In this document: one piece after another, positions 1-13,228 of the stretch
How positions within the stretch are numbered: position 1 is the first letter of the stretch
Layout of the letters: each line of letters begins with the position of its first letter
Assembly (NCBI GenBank): GCA_964016885.1
Contig: OZ024746.1
Coordinates: 23,188,001-23,252,000, forward strand
Reading direction: 5' to 3'
Source of the DNA: Eledone cirrhosa
Taxonomy: Eukaryota
DNA length: 64,000 nucleotides
Made by a program: the position numbers and the translations under genes
The notes under the pieces: model-generated
Told to the model about the DNA's origin: nothing
What the model saw: the letters and a program-made list of their open reading frames with translations, nothing else
Database searches by the model: none

Positions 1-329
1 TACTGGTAAAGATATACAAGATATAGAGCAACTTAAATCTAAAAGACGAGTTTTGTGGTTGAACAAGTTGGCCCTCCGGCTTAATGAAACTTTCGTCCCT
101 TGTATGGCGCCATTGTAGTAACTAGCATTAATAAATTATATATTAAATTGAAAAAAATAATTGGCGACAATCGCTAAAATATGCCCAATATTCTGAGATA
201 TACTTAGATATATTTAAAAACTTAAATAAGGCACGGGATTTTATGTATATCCAGTAGGAGATAGTATAAACGTCCTGAAAAATAATGTCTAAACAGTTAA
301 CGCGTGCATCATTTGTCAGTGATTAAGGG

Positions 330-515
330 AGGGCAATTAGCTGGATCGTTAGAACGTCGGACAACGTGGTCTAAGTTCGAATCCCGTCGAGGTTAGTTTT
401 GCCTTTCATCCTTACGGGGTCGATAAAAATAAAGTACCAGTAACGCACTGGAGTCGATTTAATCGTATTTTCCTTTCCTCAAAATTGTTGGCCGTAAGCC
501 TAAATCAAAAACCAT
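330..515 (+). mobile_element. SINE family A copy (diverged)
   Basis: Contains the family core GTTCGAATCCCGTCGAGGTT..TTTGCCTTTCATCCTTACGGGGTCGATAAAA..AAAGTACCAGT that recurs about 30 times in the window. Confidence 0.85.
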
Positions 516-594
516 GATAGATCAATGATTCCTGATCTTTGATGCCCAATTGAATTATTGTCAAATATTCATTTCGTATATCTGATTTTGTAAA

Positions 595-892
595 GGCACA
601 TGACTTAGTGGGTAGGTTATTCGGTTCACTATTGTAAGGTCATGAGTGTGATTCCCGATGGCGCGGTGTGCCCTTGAACAAGACACTTTATTTCACGTTG
701 CTCCAGTCCACACAGCTTGCAAAAATGAGTTCTAAGTATAATTCTTAACACTAGTCTTGCCACACTGTCACGTTGAATCACCCTGGTAACTACAGTAGGG
801 GCACACGTGACTGTGGAATGCTCAGTCATTCACACGTTAATTTCACTACCAGGTTGTCCCATTGACTGAACAATTTGAACAACCTTCATCGG
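595..892 (+). mobile_element. tRNA-headed SINE family B copy
   Basis: A-box-like TGACTTAGTGG, B-box-like GTGTGATTCC, body GTGCCCTTGAACAAGACACTTTATTTCACGTTGCTCCAGTCCAC; related copies near 14440, 16665, 17400-17640(-), 20715, 36610, 42245. Confidence 0.75.
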
Positions 893-969
893 AAATGTCC
901 AACAACAATAATGTATCTGATTATATGATCGCCTGATAATTATGGATCAGTGATTAAAAGCTGTTAACC

Positions 970-1271
970 TAGTGATTCCTACATAGGACGCACACCCCAC
1001 GGGGTGGAGTAATTTGAATATGATAATGAGAATAAACTTCAGGTTTTACCGTTTTACTTTTACCTTATTACTTTACAAGGTAACTTTGGTATATATTACT
1101 GTCGGAAACTCCTGTCTCACCTCCTCCACGCATTTTATTGCGCATCAGAATTTAATTTCATGATTTATTTTTACAAAACTCAATTTATTTTCATATCGGA
1201 GTGAGGGGAATGCATAACATTTTTTTAAATGTTGAAGTGGGGCATGGCACACAAAAGGTTGGGAACCAATG
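970..1271. mobile_element. hAT (Charlie/Buster-type) non-autonomous MITE
   Basis: Ends TAGTGATTCCTA / AAAAGGTTGGGAACCAATG resemble Charlie TIRs; 8-bp TSD tgttaacc (962-969) / tgttagcc (1272-1279) with central TA. Confidence 0.7.
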
Positions 1272-1297
1272 TGTTAGCCAAACAAATACTGTTAACA

Positions 1298-2000
1298 TGG
1301 CTGAAAGTGCAGCATGTAGAAATGAAAAAATCTATAAAAAATAAAATTAAACGCTGATTCCTTAGTAAAAACACAAACACTACAAATATTGTCATAAATA
1401 CATACCCTTTAGATTCATATGTAGATATCGTGAAGAGTCATGAGGATCAACAGAAGCCACGGTATGTTCTCTGTAATCAACTGTTGTCCAAGGAAAATAT
1501 GAAGCCAGCCAAACTTCACCAACATTTAGAAATTGAACATAAAAGATATCACAAATCTAGTGGATGTTTTCAAAGAAAACGGCAAGAATATTTTTAAAGA
1601 CAAAATTCTATATTTAAAAAGGAGCAGCTGGCTTTTGATAATAACAATGTTGTTTGTTTCGTGTGATGTGTCACTTAATAGAAAATATTGGAAAGCTATA
1701 CACAATAACAGGAAAAATAATTTTGTTTGTTGTCAAAGCAATTGCTTCTAGAATATATAATGACAAAGTAACAAAGAATTATTATATATTATCTAGGCTA
1801 ACAGCTTTATCAAACACCATTGTGAAGTGGTGAATAGAAGAAATGTTTGATACTGCTAGCAATCTGACAGAGAAAATGTTATTCTTTCCAAATAAATGAA
1901 ACTACGAATGTTTCTAGCTGTGTTGATTTGCTTCCATTCGATGTAACAATTATTGAAGATTTTCTCTTTTGCCAATCATTACCAACACACACTACTGTTG
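1298..2000 (+). pseudogene. Decayed hAT Buster/Charlie transposase, N-terminal half
   Basis: Frameshifted peptides QQKPRYVLCNQLLSKENMKPAKLHQHLEIEHK (BED-finger-like) and IIEDFLFCQSLPTHTT match Buster/ZBED5-like transposase motifs. Confidence 0.8.
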
Positions 2001-2649
2001 GGAAGTGCCCGTGGCCTTTACAGGAACTCTATGACCGAGTGGTCTGAGTGAGGAGAGATGCAGTGTCTATTGGCTTTACAGACACTACGATAAACAATTG
2101 CTTTTGTATTTTCAGGTGTATTGGTCGCCTTGGGGTAAAGTTTCTTCCCTCGTATTTAAGTTACGTAATGGAAAACGATTATTTCTTGTGAGTGGGTGGG
2201 TAAGTGAGTGAGTGGGTGGGTGGTTGTGTGACTGAGTGGGTTGCTGGTTGAGTGGCTGAGTGGTTGTGTAAATTTAGTAGGCAGAAACTTCAGAAGCCCG
2301 TGGTGTTGGCTAGAAAGCCAAATATAATGACGTCAATTACAATAAAACTAATCAGAAGAAAAATACAAAGAGCTCAAGAACTACAGATCCTTCACCTCCT
2401 ACTATTACTACTTCTCTCTCTCTCTCTCTCCTCCACCTCTATCTTCCTTCATCCTATTTGGATAATTTTCTCTTCATTTGGAGGTAGCACCTGGAATACG
2501 AACAATGTCACACAAATTGACAGATTCTCCAGATTGGGGTTTACGACATAGGATGTGTGTATGAGTGTGTGAGCGTGTGTGTAAAACATACTGGTGGAGC
2601 ATAATTAGTTTACTGATTGTAAATAAATACAATTCTTTCTAACGCTGAA

Positions 2650-3251
2650 ACAAGGCCAGCAATTCGGGAGAAAGGAAAAGTCGATTATATTGATCCGCAA
2701 TACTTTACTGGTATCGACATCCGAAGAATGAAAGCTTCAGTTGATCTCGAGGGGATTCGAGCTCAGACCGTGGAAAGTCGTAACTAAATACCGCAAAGCA
2801 TTTTGTCCGATGCTGTCAATAATAATAATGAGTTCTATTAAAAGCACAAGGCCAGCAATTTGGGGGAGGGGAAAAGTCGATTAAATCGACCCCAGTGCAT
2901 TACTGATACTTTATTTTATCGACCCCGTAAGGATAAAGGATAAAGCTAACCTCGGCGAGATTTGAACTCAGAACGTCAAGGGCCGTAACGCTGTGCCACA
3001 AAGCATGTTGTCCGACGCTCCACTAATGAAACCAATAATAATAATAATAGTATTAATAATAATAATTGTTTCTACTTTAGGCACAAGGCCAGCAATTACC
3101 CAGTGCATTACTGGTACTTTATTTTATCGACCCCGTAAGGATGAAAGGCAAAGTCAACCTCGGCGGGATTTGAACTCAGATCGTAAAGGGACGTAACTAT
3201 GCTGGAAAGCATGGCGTCCGACCCTCTACTGATACTGCCAATCCACCGCCC
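2650..3251 (-). mobile_element. Three consecutive SINE family A copies separated by (AAT)n
   Basis: Reverse-complement family core at about 2650-2815, 2832-3020 and 3066-3251. Confidence 0.85.
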
Positions 3252-3289
3252 TTGTTTATTTGTTTAATTTCCCACAGTATTAATAATAA

Positions 3290-4230
3290 TAATGTGGGAA
3301 ATTAAACAAATAAACAACAGAAATTGTGAAAAAGATAAAATCTAAATTGAAAACAGATCTTCAGAATGTTATGCTAACACAATGACAAGAAGAACCTCTA
3401 CATGGCCAATACACAAGAAAAAATGAATAGAAAGGATGTGGACAAGATAAAGTCACAAAAAACTGGCTAAGAAACGTTGGACAAAAAGCCGAAACAACCA
3501 AAAATACATAATTGTTTCTATTTTTGGCACAAGGCCAGCAATTACCCAGTACATTACTGGTACTTTATTTTATCGACCCCGTAAGGATGAAAGGCAAAGT
3601 TAACCTCGGCGGGATTTGAAACTCAGATCATAAAGGGCCGTAACTCTTTGCTGCAAAGTATGGCGTCCGACTCTCTACCGATACTGCCAATCCACCACCC
3701 TTTTAATAATAATAATAATAATAATAGTTTCTATTTATGACACAAGGCCAGCAATTTAAAGGGAAGGGAAAAGTCGATTAAATTGTGTTACTGGTACTTT
3801 ATTTTATGGACCCTATAAAGATGAAAAGCAAAGTTAACCTCGGCGGGATTTGAACTCAGATCATAAAGGGCCGTAACTCTTTGCTGCAAAGTATGGCGTC
3901 CGACTCTCTACCGATACTGCCAATCCACCACCAACAACCAAAAATACATAATGAAAGAGAACATAGTAACTGTTGAATTTCTGGTGGGGATTGGGAAGAA
4001 ACAATTAACGACATTATCTCCGGCTACCCAGTCTTAGCCACAAAGGAATATATCCAGACATGATAGAGTTGGGTCTTACACTGGAAGACATGATAGAGTC
4101 GGAAGGTATACGAACTCTATAAAATACCATCAGAAAAAGAAGTAGTACAGACACACACCAGATAAGGTGTCAGAGAATGACAAAAAGTAGCCATATAGAT
4201 CAAAGCCAACCGATCGGATATATTGTCTTA
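3290..4230 (+). pseudogene. R4/Dong-clade non-LTR retrotransposon C-terminal remnant (zinc knuckle plus restriction-like endonuclease), interrupted by SINEs
   Basis: Peptides EEPLHGQY, EETINDIISGYPVLATKEYI, RHDRVG and IKANRSDI match the R4/Dong motifs HGQY, ETIxHIxSGC, RHD and NRPD. Confidence 0.75.
3513..3932 (-). mobile_element. Tandem pair of SINE family A copies inside one 20-bp target-site duplication
   Basis: Copies at 3513-3700 and 3726-3932; flanking direct repeat aacaaccaaaaatacataat at 3493-3512 and 3933-3952. Confidence 0.85.
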
Positions 4231-4426
4231 GTTGATCATATGACACAATTATTTTTTTTAAGTCTGCTACTTATTTTATCAATTTCTTTTTGTCGAATCG
4301 CTAAGTCGTTGGATATAACCACAGAAAATCAGTAAGCATGGACATAAACATAGACATATCTATACACAACCACACTATATATGTGCGTGTATACCGGGTT
4401 CAATCGGGGGTAACCATATGTGTATG

Positions 4427-4494
<68 letters not shown>

Positions 4495-4684
4495 GGCATA
4501 CGTCAAGACGGGCGGTCGCAAAAGTGAAACTAATTTTTGACAGTTACGATTGTGAATTTGTTTGTTTTTTTACAACAGGTCTCAATAGTGAAAGTATAAT
4601 GCAGACACACGCAATTGTATGGATTTCTTAATATATATATATGTGTGGGTGTGTATATGTGTGTATATATATGTGTGTGTGTGT

Positions 4685-4715
<31 letters not shown>

Positions 4716-5011
4716 TTTGTATATATATATGTGTTTGTGTCATCATCATCGTTTAACGTCTATCTTCCACGCAAGCATGGGTTTAGACGTATATATATGT
4801 TTGTGTGTATATATGTGTTTGTGTGTATATATATATGTGTGTTTGTGTGTATATATATGTGTCTGTATATATATATGTGTGTATGTATATATATATTTAT
4901 GCACACATACACATTTGTATGAATTTGTAGATGTATCTATATATGCCTACAAATTCATACAAATGTGTATGTGTGCATAAATATACATATATATGTATAT
5001 ATATATGTATG

Positions 5012-5073
<62 letters not shown>

Positions 5074-5584
5074 TGTATGTATTTATATATATGTGTGTGT
5101 ATAATTATATATATATATATTATATTATATTATATTATATACACCATTCTGAGTTCAAATCCCGCCGAGGTTAACTTTGCCTTTCATCCTTATGGGGTCG
5201 ATAAAATAACGTACCAGTAATACACTGGGTAATTGCTGGCCTTGTGCTAAAAGTAGAAACAATTATATTATATTATATACACATATATACACACGAGACA
5301 CAAGCCTGATCATTTTACACCACAAAGAGATGGCATATTAGAAAAGAGGGCGGGAGTTGTTGTTTTTTTGTGTGTCTGTCGATAATTTCGTCTTGTTAAT
5401 GCTGATCAGTTATCGATCTCTGTCCATTTCTAGATCCATGCAGTTGCTTCTTTTAAAGAAACTGTAGCATACATTGACCGATTTTCCAGATATCAAAGAA
5501 AAAAAATGAGGTCAATTTATTTTTCCTGATTGATTCCATCAGTCAGTTCTGAAGAAACTGTATTTACACTCTACAGGCGTGTAT

Positions 5585-6345
5585 ACAGTGCAAATAAGTG
5601 TATAGTGTAAATATTTGTATGGTGTATAGTGTCAACATTTGTATAATGTATAAGGGTGTATAATGTAAACATTGTATATAGTGCATATATGTGTGTATAG
5701 TGTAAACATGTGTATAGTTTATAAGGGTGTATAATGTAAACATTTGTATATAGTGCATATATGTGTGTATACTGTAAAATGTGTATAGTTTATAAGGGTG
5801 TATAATGTAAACATTTGTATATAGTGCATATATGTGTGTATAGTGTAAAATGTGTATAGTTTATAAGGGTGTATAATGTAAACATTTGTATATAGTGCAT
5901 ATATGTGTGTATAGTGTAAAATGTGTATAGTTTATAAGGGTGTATAATGTAAACATTTGTATATAGTGCATATATGTGTGTATAGTGTAACATGTGTATA
6001 GTTTATAAGGGTGTATAATGTAAACATTTGTATATAGTGCATATATGTGTGTATAGTGTAAACATGTGTATAGTTTATAAGGGTGTATAATGTAAACATT
6101 TGTATATAGTGCATATATGTGTGTATAGTGTAAAATGTGTATAGTTTATAAGGGTGTATAATGTAAACATTTGTATATAGTGCATATAAACGTATATAGT
6201 GTAAACATGTGTATAGTTTATAAGGGGATATAATGTAAACATGTGTATAGTGTACAAGCGTGTATAATGTAAACATTTCTGGAATGTACAAGCGTATATA
6301 GTGTAAACATGTGTATAGTTTACAAGTATGTATAGTGGAAACATG
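5585..6345. repeat. Minisatellite, 71-72 bp unit
   Basis: Repeated tttataagggtgtataatgtaaacatttgtatatagtgcatatatgtgtgtatagtgtaaa(c)atgtgtatag. Confidence 0.95.
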
Positions 6346-7194
6346 AGTGTATAGACGTGTATAGTTGAAACGAGTGTATTAACTGGTTATTTTTGTCAAA
6401 ATTACTGGATCCCTAATTTGATTCGTTCAACAATACTATCACCAGCCGGTTATTGTTATTAATTCAAAATCATTCGCTTAATGTTATTATTTGGATATTT
6501 TATCAAAATTAGTGGGTCCCAAAATCCTTATTTACTTAATGTCCTTACTTGGTTATTGCTATCAAAATTAGTCTCACGAATTTTGTATTCGCTTAATGTT
6601 ATCATCCTATTATTGTTATCGAAAAGGCTTCGTCCCAGAGTGATTACAATAAGCGACTTCGATTGTAATACATTATAGTTTGTGTTCTTATAGAAATTAT
6701 TTAACAAAAACAATGTGGTGCCCCAGTGTGGCTTTAGCCATGATGGTGGATTCTCCGTCGGTATCAACGATGAGCATTCGGTTGTTGGATTAACTGAGCG
6801 TACGATTCATGAATTAAAGTTTAAGTTGTTGCGTATTCCATAAACATGTGTACCTTTAACATAATTCCTAAGCCAAATCAGCGTGACACAGTTGGACTTT
6901 TGAATGAAAGGCATATTACGCATCCGACGGACTTCTGCACAGTTTCTGTCTACCCAGCTTCATTCACGGGGCTTAGGTCGATCAGAGTCAAAGGTAAAGG
7001 TATCACGCTCGTGTTTGTGAAGACAATTTCCTACCTAACCATTGAGATCTGTATCTACAGTCTAGGTTGTAACGTTTAAAACAAAGTGATTCTCAGATGC
7101 AGGATGGGGTACTTGGTTATCAGGAGAGGAATTTTAGACAGAGGAAGAATTCAAACTAGGAAAGAATAGATTTTATTGTGTGTATATATATATA

Positions 7195-7317
7195 CGTCGA
7201 AACGGCTTGAGCTCAGCCGTCGGGATCTTACTGGTTCCTATTACCCACTCTACTACCCTAAGTATTGAGTACTTTGGTGCGTTATGGTCCACCTGGTTCC
7301 TTACCACATTTCCTTCG

Positions 7318-7319
<2 letters not shown>
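7195..7319 (+). mobile_element. (TA)n-inserted short element family C carrying the 3' half of a hammerhead
   Basis: CGTC GAAA CGGCT tgagctc AGCCG TC; nearly identical to the reverse complement of 29894-30018; TA tracts on both sides. Confidence 0.7.
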
Positions 7320-7370
<51 letters not shown>

Positions 7371-7375
<5 letters not shown>

Positions 7376-8142
7376 TTACTTGGGGAGGGTCATATTTGTG
7401 TAATATTGCCAGAATTAATAACAGAACACACTCACTGTTTGGTTGGTTTTCGCTTTTCGCTTCTGTGTCTTTTATATCGGTAATCTAATTTATTCGGTCC
7501 TCAATGTTGCCATTAACTGACCAACGGTCAAAAATAATACAGATACAATATAGACACAAACACATATATATAGTTTATCAAAGTTCTTTCGTTGCACATC
7601 TGCAACATCGTCAGTGGTGCTATTGTTTCCTCCCGTTGCATTGTATTTTCTACGCCATCTTTATTTAGTCTGTTTATATATTTATTTATTTGTTTATTTT
7701 ATTTTGTCTTCTTTGCGCATGCGTTTGCGTGTGTGTATAGTGTTTTGTTTGATGTGTGTTCGTGATTGGGTGACTGTGTATTGGTTAATGTATTCTATCT
7801 TTACTAGTGTGTGTTTATATGTGTTTGTTGTTATTGTGCTTGTGTATGTATTTATTTATTTATTTATTTATCTATTTATTTATTTATACTTCTCTTAGGT
7901 CAGTGTTGTTTGTTTGGGTGTCGTTGTTATTCCATTCATTCTTTCAGTTTAGCCTTGGCCTTCTAAGTTCTATTTCACTGGCCTCTCTGATTTGCCTATC
8001 TGCTGGGTCATTTCTATGTTTAGATATTATTCTAATTTCTATGTTGTCTATGTTACCGTCGTGTTGTTGTCTGGCATGTTCGTATACGCCAAGTATAACA
8101 ATATTTGTTTCGACACACGATTTCATATAAAAAACCTCGCAA

Positions 8143-8147
<5 letters not shown>
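7371..8147 (-). mobile_element. Penelope-like element 3' fragment: GIY-YIG endonuclease C-terminus plus pseudo-LTR
   Basis: ORF 7944-8126(-) VYEHARQQH..IEIRIISKH..DRQIREASEIELRRPRLN fits the PLE endonuclease tail (R..EA..I...P.LN); hammerhead downstream; (TA)n on both sides. Confidence 0.7.
7577..7618 (-). ncRNA. Minimal type I hammerhead ribozyme motif
   Basis: Minus strand: acca CUGACGA U GUUGCA gaug UGCAAC GAAA GAAC UU ugau. Confidence 0.7.
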
Positions 8148-8226
<79 letters not shown>

Positions 8227-8550
8227 AATGAAATACTAATATATCAAATTATAGTGTTATATTGTATATATATATCCAATGAGATACTAATATATCCACC
8301 ATAGGCGTAATTAGGGAGTGGCAAGCATGGCATGTGATGAGGAATAAGCTATTGTTGAAGAGTGAAAAACAGTAACGTCTTCAGATGTATGATCTGTCTT
8401 TTATTATCATGAGTGAGAAGCACTAGTGTGGCTGGATTGACGAACGTAATTGGTATTTTTGAGCTGATCAGTGTTGGATGTCTGGGCAGGAGCGCAAGTT
8501 TCACTGATAGCCATGAGCGCCATTTTCCCTAGTTACGCCTCTGTATCCAA

Positions 8551-9615
8551 CTATTGTGTATATATCAAATGTAACACTAATATACTCTTCTATAGTGTAT
8601 ATTGTGTATATATCAAATGTAACACTAATATACTCTTCTATAGTGTATATTGTGTATATATCAAATGTAACACTAATATACTCTTCTATAGTGTATATTG
8701 TGTATATATCAAATGTAACACTAATATACCCATCTATAGTGTATATTGTGTATATATCAAATGTAACACTAATATACTCTTCTATAGTGTATATTGTGTA
8801 TATATCAAATGTAACACTAATATACCCATCTATAGTGTATATTGTGTATATATCAAATAAAATACTAATATACCCATCTATAGTGTATATTGTGTATATA
8901 TCAAATGTAACACTAATATACCCAACTATAGTGTATATTGTGTATATATCAATTGTAACACTAATATACTCTTCTATAGTGTATATTGTGTATATATCAA
9001 ATGTAACACTAATATACCCAACTATAGTGTATATTGTGTATATATCAAATGTAACACTAATATATCCAACTATAGTGTATATTGTGTATATATCAATTGT
9101 AACACTAATATATCCAACTATAGTGTATATTGTGTATATATCAAATGTAACACTAATATACCCATCTATAGTGTATATTCTGTATATATCAAATGTAACA
9201 CTAATATACCCATCTATAGTGTATATTGTGTATATATCAAATGTAACACTAATATACCCATCTATAGTGTATATTGTGTATATATCAAATAAAATACTAA
9301 TATACCCATCTATAGTGTATATTGTGTATATATCAAATACAATACTAATATACCCATCTATAGTGTATATTGTGTATATATCAAATAAAATACTAATATA
9401 CCCATCTATAGTGTATATTGTGTATATATCAAATAAAATACTAATATACCCATCTATAGTGTATATTGTGTATATATCAAATACAATACTAATATACCCA
9501 TCTATAGTGTATATTGTGTATATATCAAATAAAATACTAATATACCCATCTATAGTGTATATTGTGTATATATCAAATAAAATACTAATATACCCATCTA
9601 TAGTGTATATTGTGT
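8551..9615. repeat. Minisatellite, 48-bp unit (left block)
   Basis: tatagtgtatattgtgtatatatcaaatgtaacactaatatacccatc repeated about 22 times. Confidence 0.97.
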
Positions 9616-10265
9616 ACAACCGCCGTATTTCCGCTGCGAAAATGTCGACGCGCTCACCATTCCACCTGATTCTCGCCGCCAGCTTAGCAAAAGCCGCCAA
9701 CGGTCCCTCGGCGAATGCATCCATCAGACGCCTCTCAATCTTCTGCGCATCTCTTTGGTTGTGCTCGTCCAACTCAAGGAAGAGTACCAACGCGTCGCCC
9801 TCGAGGTACAGTGCCATGAGGCCGGCCACGTCCTCTATCTTCTGCAAGCTTGCGACCAGCCGAACCTTCCGCAACCAAGCGACAACATCACCTTCCCCGG
9901 TAAATGCCCTGATAGCTTCGTTCATCCGTAGTCTTGTCGCCATTTTCTGATTTGTCTTGCGGCAAGTGTTTTTTTTTTTGTTTTTGTTTTTTTTTTCCAG
10001 TCGCCGAAATAGCTTGTGGTTAGAAAAAGCTATCTCACTTACCGCTTTTCATAGGCGCCGCTAAACTCCACTGCAGGTTACTCCTCTTCCACGTGCATCC
10101 AACTGCTTAACACCGGGAGCTGCCCAAAACTCGCGTCCACACCGTTTGCTGGTCACCACTAGAGAGAGGCCCTCTGCTGGCCCTTCCGGTCGAGCATCCT
10201 TCCGGCCAAGCACCCATCCGGTCGAGCACTCCCCCGCTTCCGGCCACCGCACGTCACACCATACC
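9616..10265 (-). mobile_element. Ty3/Gypsy LTR-retrotransposon 5' fragment (putative LTR part, leader, gag N-terminus)
   Basis: ORF from 9943(-) MATRLRMNEAIRAFTGEGDVVAWLRKVRLVASLQKIEDVA..LYLEGDAL is gag-like; GC/CpG-rich island; PBS-like GGCGCC near 10055. Confidence 0.75.
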
Positions 10266-10632
10266 CACATATCTAATGTAACACTAATATATCTAACTAT
10301 GGTGTATATTGTGTATATATCAAATGTAACACTAATGTATCCAACTATAGTGTATATTGTGTATATATCAAATGTAACACTAATATACCCATCTATAGTG
10401 TATATTGTGTATATATCAAATAAAATACTAATATACCCATCTATAGTGTATATTGTGTATATATCTAATGTAACACTAATATATCCAACTATAGTGTATA
10501 TTGTGTATATATCTAATGTAACACTAATATATCCAACTATAGTGTATATTGTGTATATATCTAATGTAACACTAATATATCTAACTATAGTGTATATTGT
10601 GTATATATCTAATGTAACACTAATATATCCAT
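10266..10632. repeat. Minisatellite, 48-bp unit (right block)
   Basis: Same unit as 8551-9615. Confidence 0.95.
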
Positions 10633-10860
10633 TTATAAAGATGGTTACGAATTGATCGTTCAGAAAGAAAAACTGTTGCTTCAGACTTAATCTTGAGACT
10701 AATCAATTATAGAGGTTTGACAAACTTGGTCGGTGTTGATATAATGTTTGGCAGAACAATTATTAGATGACAATTCAAAATTGAGAGAATGGGGAAACCT
10801 GGGCTTGCAAAGAGATTATACTTACCTACATACCTGTTTCCGTGGATTCGAATGCTGGTT

Positions 10861-10905
<45 letters not shown>

Positions 10906-10912
10906 GCTCGCG

Positions 10913-11027
<115 letters not shown>

Positions 11028-11089
11028 TTATATATATTTATACATATCTATATACAATATAACATTTTGGAACTGCTATTATCCTTTTG

Positions 11090-11463
11090 AGAAACCTAGA
11101 CCGGCTACGTCTATGCAATGGCTTACACTTAACAGTGAGGCGGGTGGTCAACCATTTCCCCGAGGTCTCTATTCTTGGATGCAATCATCAAGGAGAAAAT
11201 GCATTTATTCCCAAGGTTCCTCTCATCCTTTTCTCTACCGAGCTGCCGTTCAAATTCTCAAGACTCCAGGTCCCTGTTAGAGCCAGTCTTGATATGGCCA
11301 TAAATAAAGCTCATGGTAAATTTGTAAGGTTGAATATGAGAGAATTGGCTTTTACCCATGGGCAGTTATATATTGGTTGTTCACCAGTAGGAACACCTAG
11401 AAATCTTCATATTCTATGCACGAACGGTAAATGATGAATCTGGTGTATCTGGAAGTCTTTTGA
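11090..11463 (+). pseudogene. Helitron Rep/Hel Pif1-like helicase C-terminal remnant
   Basis: RLCNG..AFIPKVPLI..PFKFSRLQVPVRASLDMAINKAHG..FTHGQLYIGCSPVG matches Pif1 motifs RxQFP..AMTINKSQG..FSHGQLYVAxSRV. Confidence 0.9.
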
Positions 11464-13142
11464 CTTTTTTGTTTGTTACACAATCTCACTAAGTTCTCGT
11501 CTCATTCTGTAAACCAGACAACACATCGAATCGTTTTCTCTTCTACCGGTCTTCTTAGTCTCTCTCACACTTTTTGTTCCTGCCGATTAAAACCGTTATT
11601 GTTGCGGTTATTATTGTTGTCGCCATTAAGGGGCAATGGATTGGCAGCAGAATCGTTAGAGCGCCAAACAAATACTTTTGCATTATTTGTTCCAGCGTTT
11701 TAAGATATGAGGTCAAATTCTGTCAAAACCAACTTTGCCTTTCATCCTTTCGGGATCGATAAAATAAAGTACCACTGAAGCAATGGGATCGATATAATCG
11801 ACCTTCTGTCCTCCTCAATTTCCAATTGCTGACCTTGTGCTTTAATTGGAAACCAAACAATTGTTGTTGTTGTTGTTGTTACAGTTAAACAATGACACCG
11901 ATCAATTCGATACCTGTCCAAATCTGTCGAAAACACTTTCATAGGACCTGATTTCATACATACATATATTAGATACATACTGTATATATAGCGAAACATT
12001 TGTGACATTGTTCCCATGTTCTCAAATAGTCTCATATCAACCCACACTGACCTAGGATCATATTTAGACATTGTTGGGGAGCCGGACAGTTCAAGTTTGG
12101 AGAGGTCAGGACTGTTCAGGTTTGAGGAGTCCAGGGACTGTTTCTTGAGGGGCCCTTGTTTGACAAGGGGTGCCCAGGGCACTCATCCACTCTATTCTCC
12201 GATAAATCCGGTCTTGCACCGACCTTTAACCTCACCAGACAAACTTAAATGCCAATTCCTTTGTTTGGGCTATATTAACGACCCTAGTTTAAAAGGAAAG
12301 GTAATCTGATTAATGTTTCTGGGGACCTAGTCATTATAAATACATGAAGTGTTGACCCCATGAGTACAACTCGCTCGCTTCCAAGCTGAGCAGGCAGTTC
12401 TGACCAAGCACCTTAACTTCAAGAGAGGGTTAGTAGAATTCACTACTTTTAGATTTTACAATCACCACACAACAATTATACCTGCCTTTTCCGACGTTCT
12501 ACTGCACATTGATTTGGGAGTAAATCGTGCAGCCAATAAAAACAAAAAAAATTACCAGTGTCTTGTTCATCTGAAAATTCCTATCAATGTGATTGGGGAA
12601 AATTGTCTTCTTCGCGGTAATATCACATCACCACAACAAGCGACTGCAATTACTGATTTCATCGACCCCCGGCAAGACTTCATAACAATAATTCTTTCGA
12701 CTCAGAGAGACACTCTTCACTCACTTGCCATAGACTCAACCAACAAACCACTCATACTCACTGAGACATACATACTTCACTCATCATTTGCCATGCACTC
12801 GACCAGCAAGCCACTCATTCAACCTTATCAACTCATTTTACAACTACAACACTTCTAATGAGCTAAACAATCAAACAACCAGTCTAACGAACAACATTAT
12901 TATACCCGCTAAATATATGAATGTGACTTTATATATTTGATGGTGATGGGTCTTTCACCAGTTTCGACGAAGAGAAATCTATCCTAACCCCTAAATGCCT
13001 GACTCATGAATTAACATCTAAATGGCTCAAGATTCCACAGTCACGTGTAACAATAACGTAATTTCGTAGGCATAATCCGCAAAATATGTAACAAGGTTGG
13101 ATCTTAAGAGTACAGGTTCAATATATTTATATATACTGTATA

Positions 13143-13228
<86 letters not shown>

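Noticed and set aside
8556-9950. 464-aa plus-strand ORF
   Set aside because: Read-through of a 48-bp minisatellite plus the antisense of gag; no protein-like complexity
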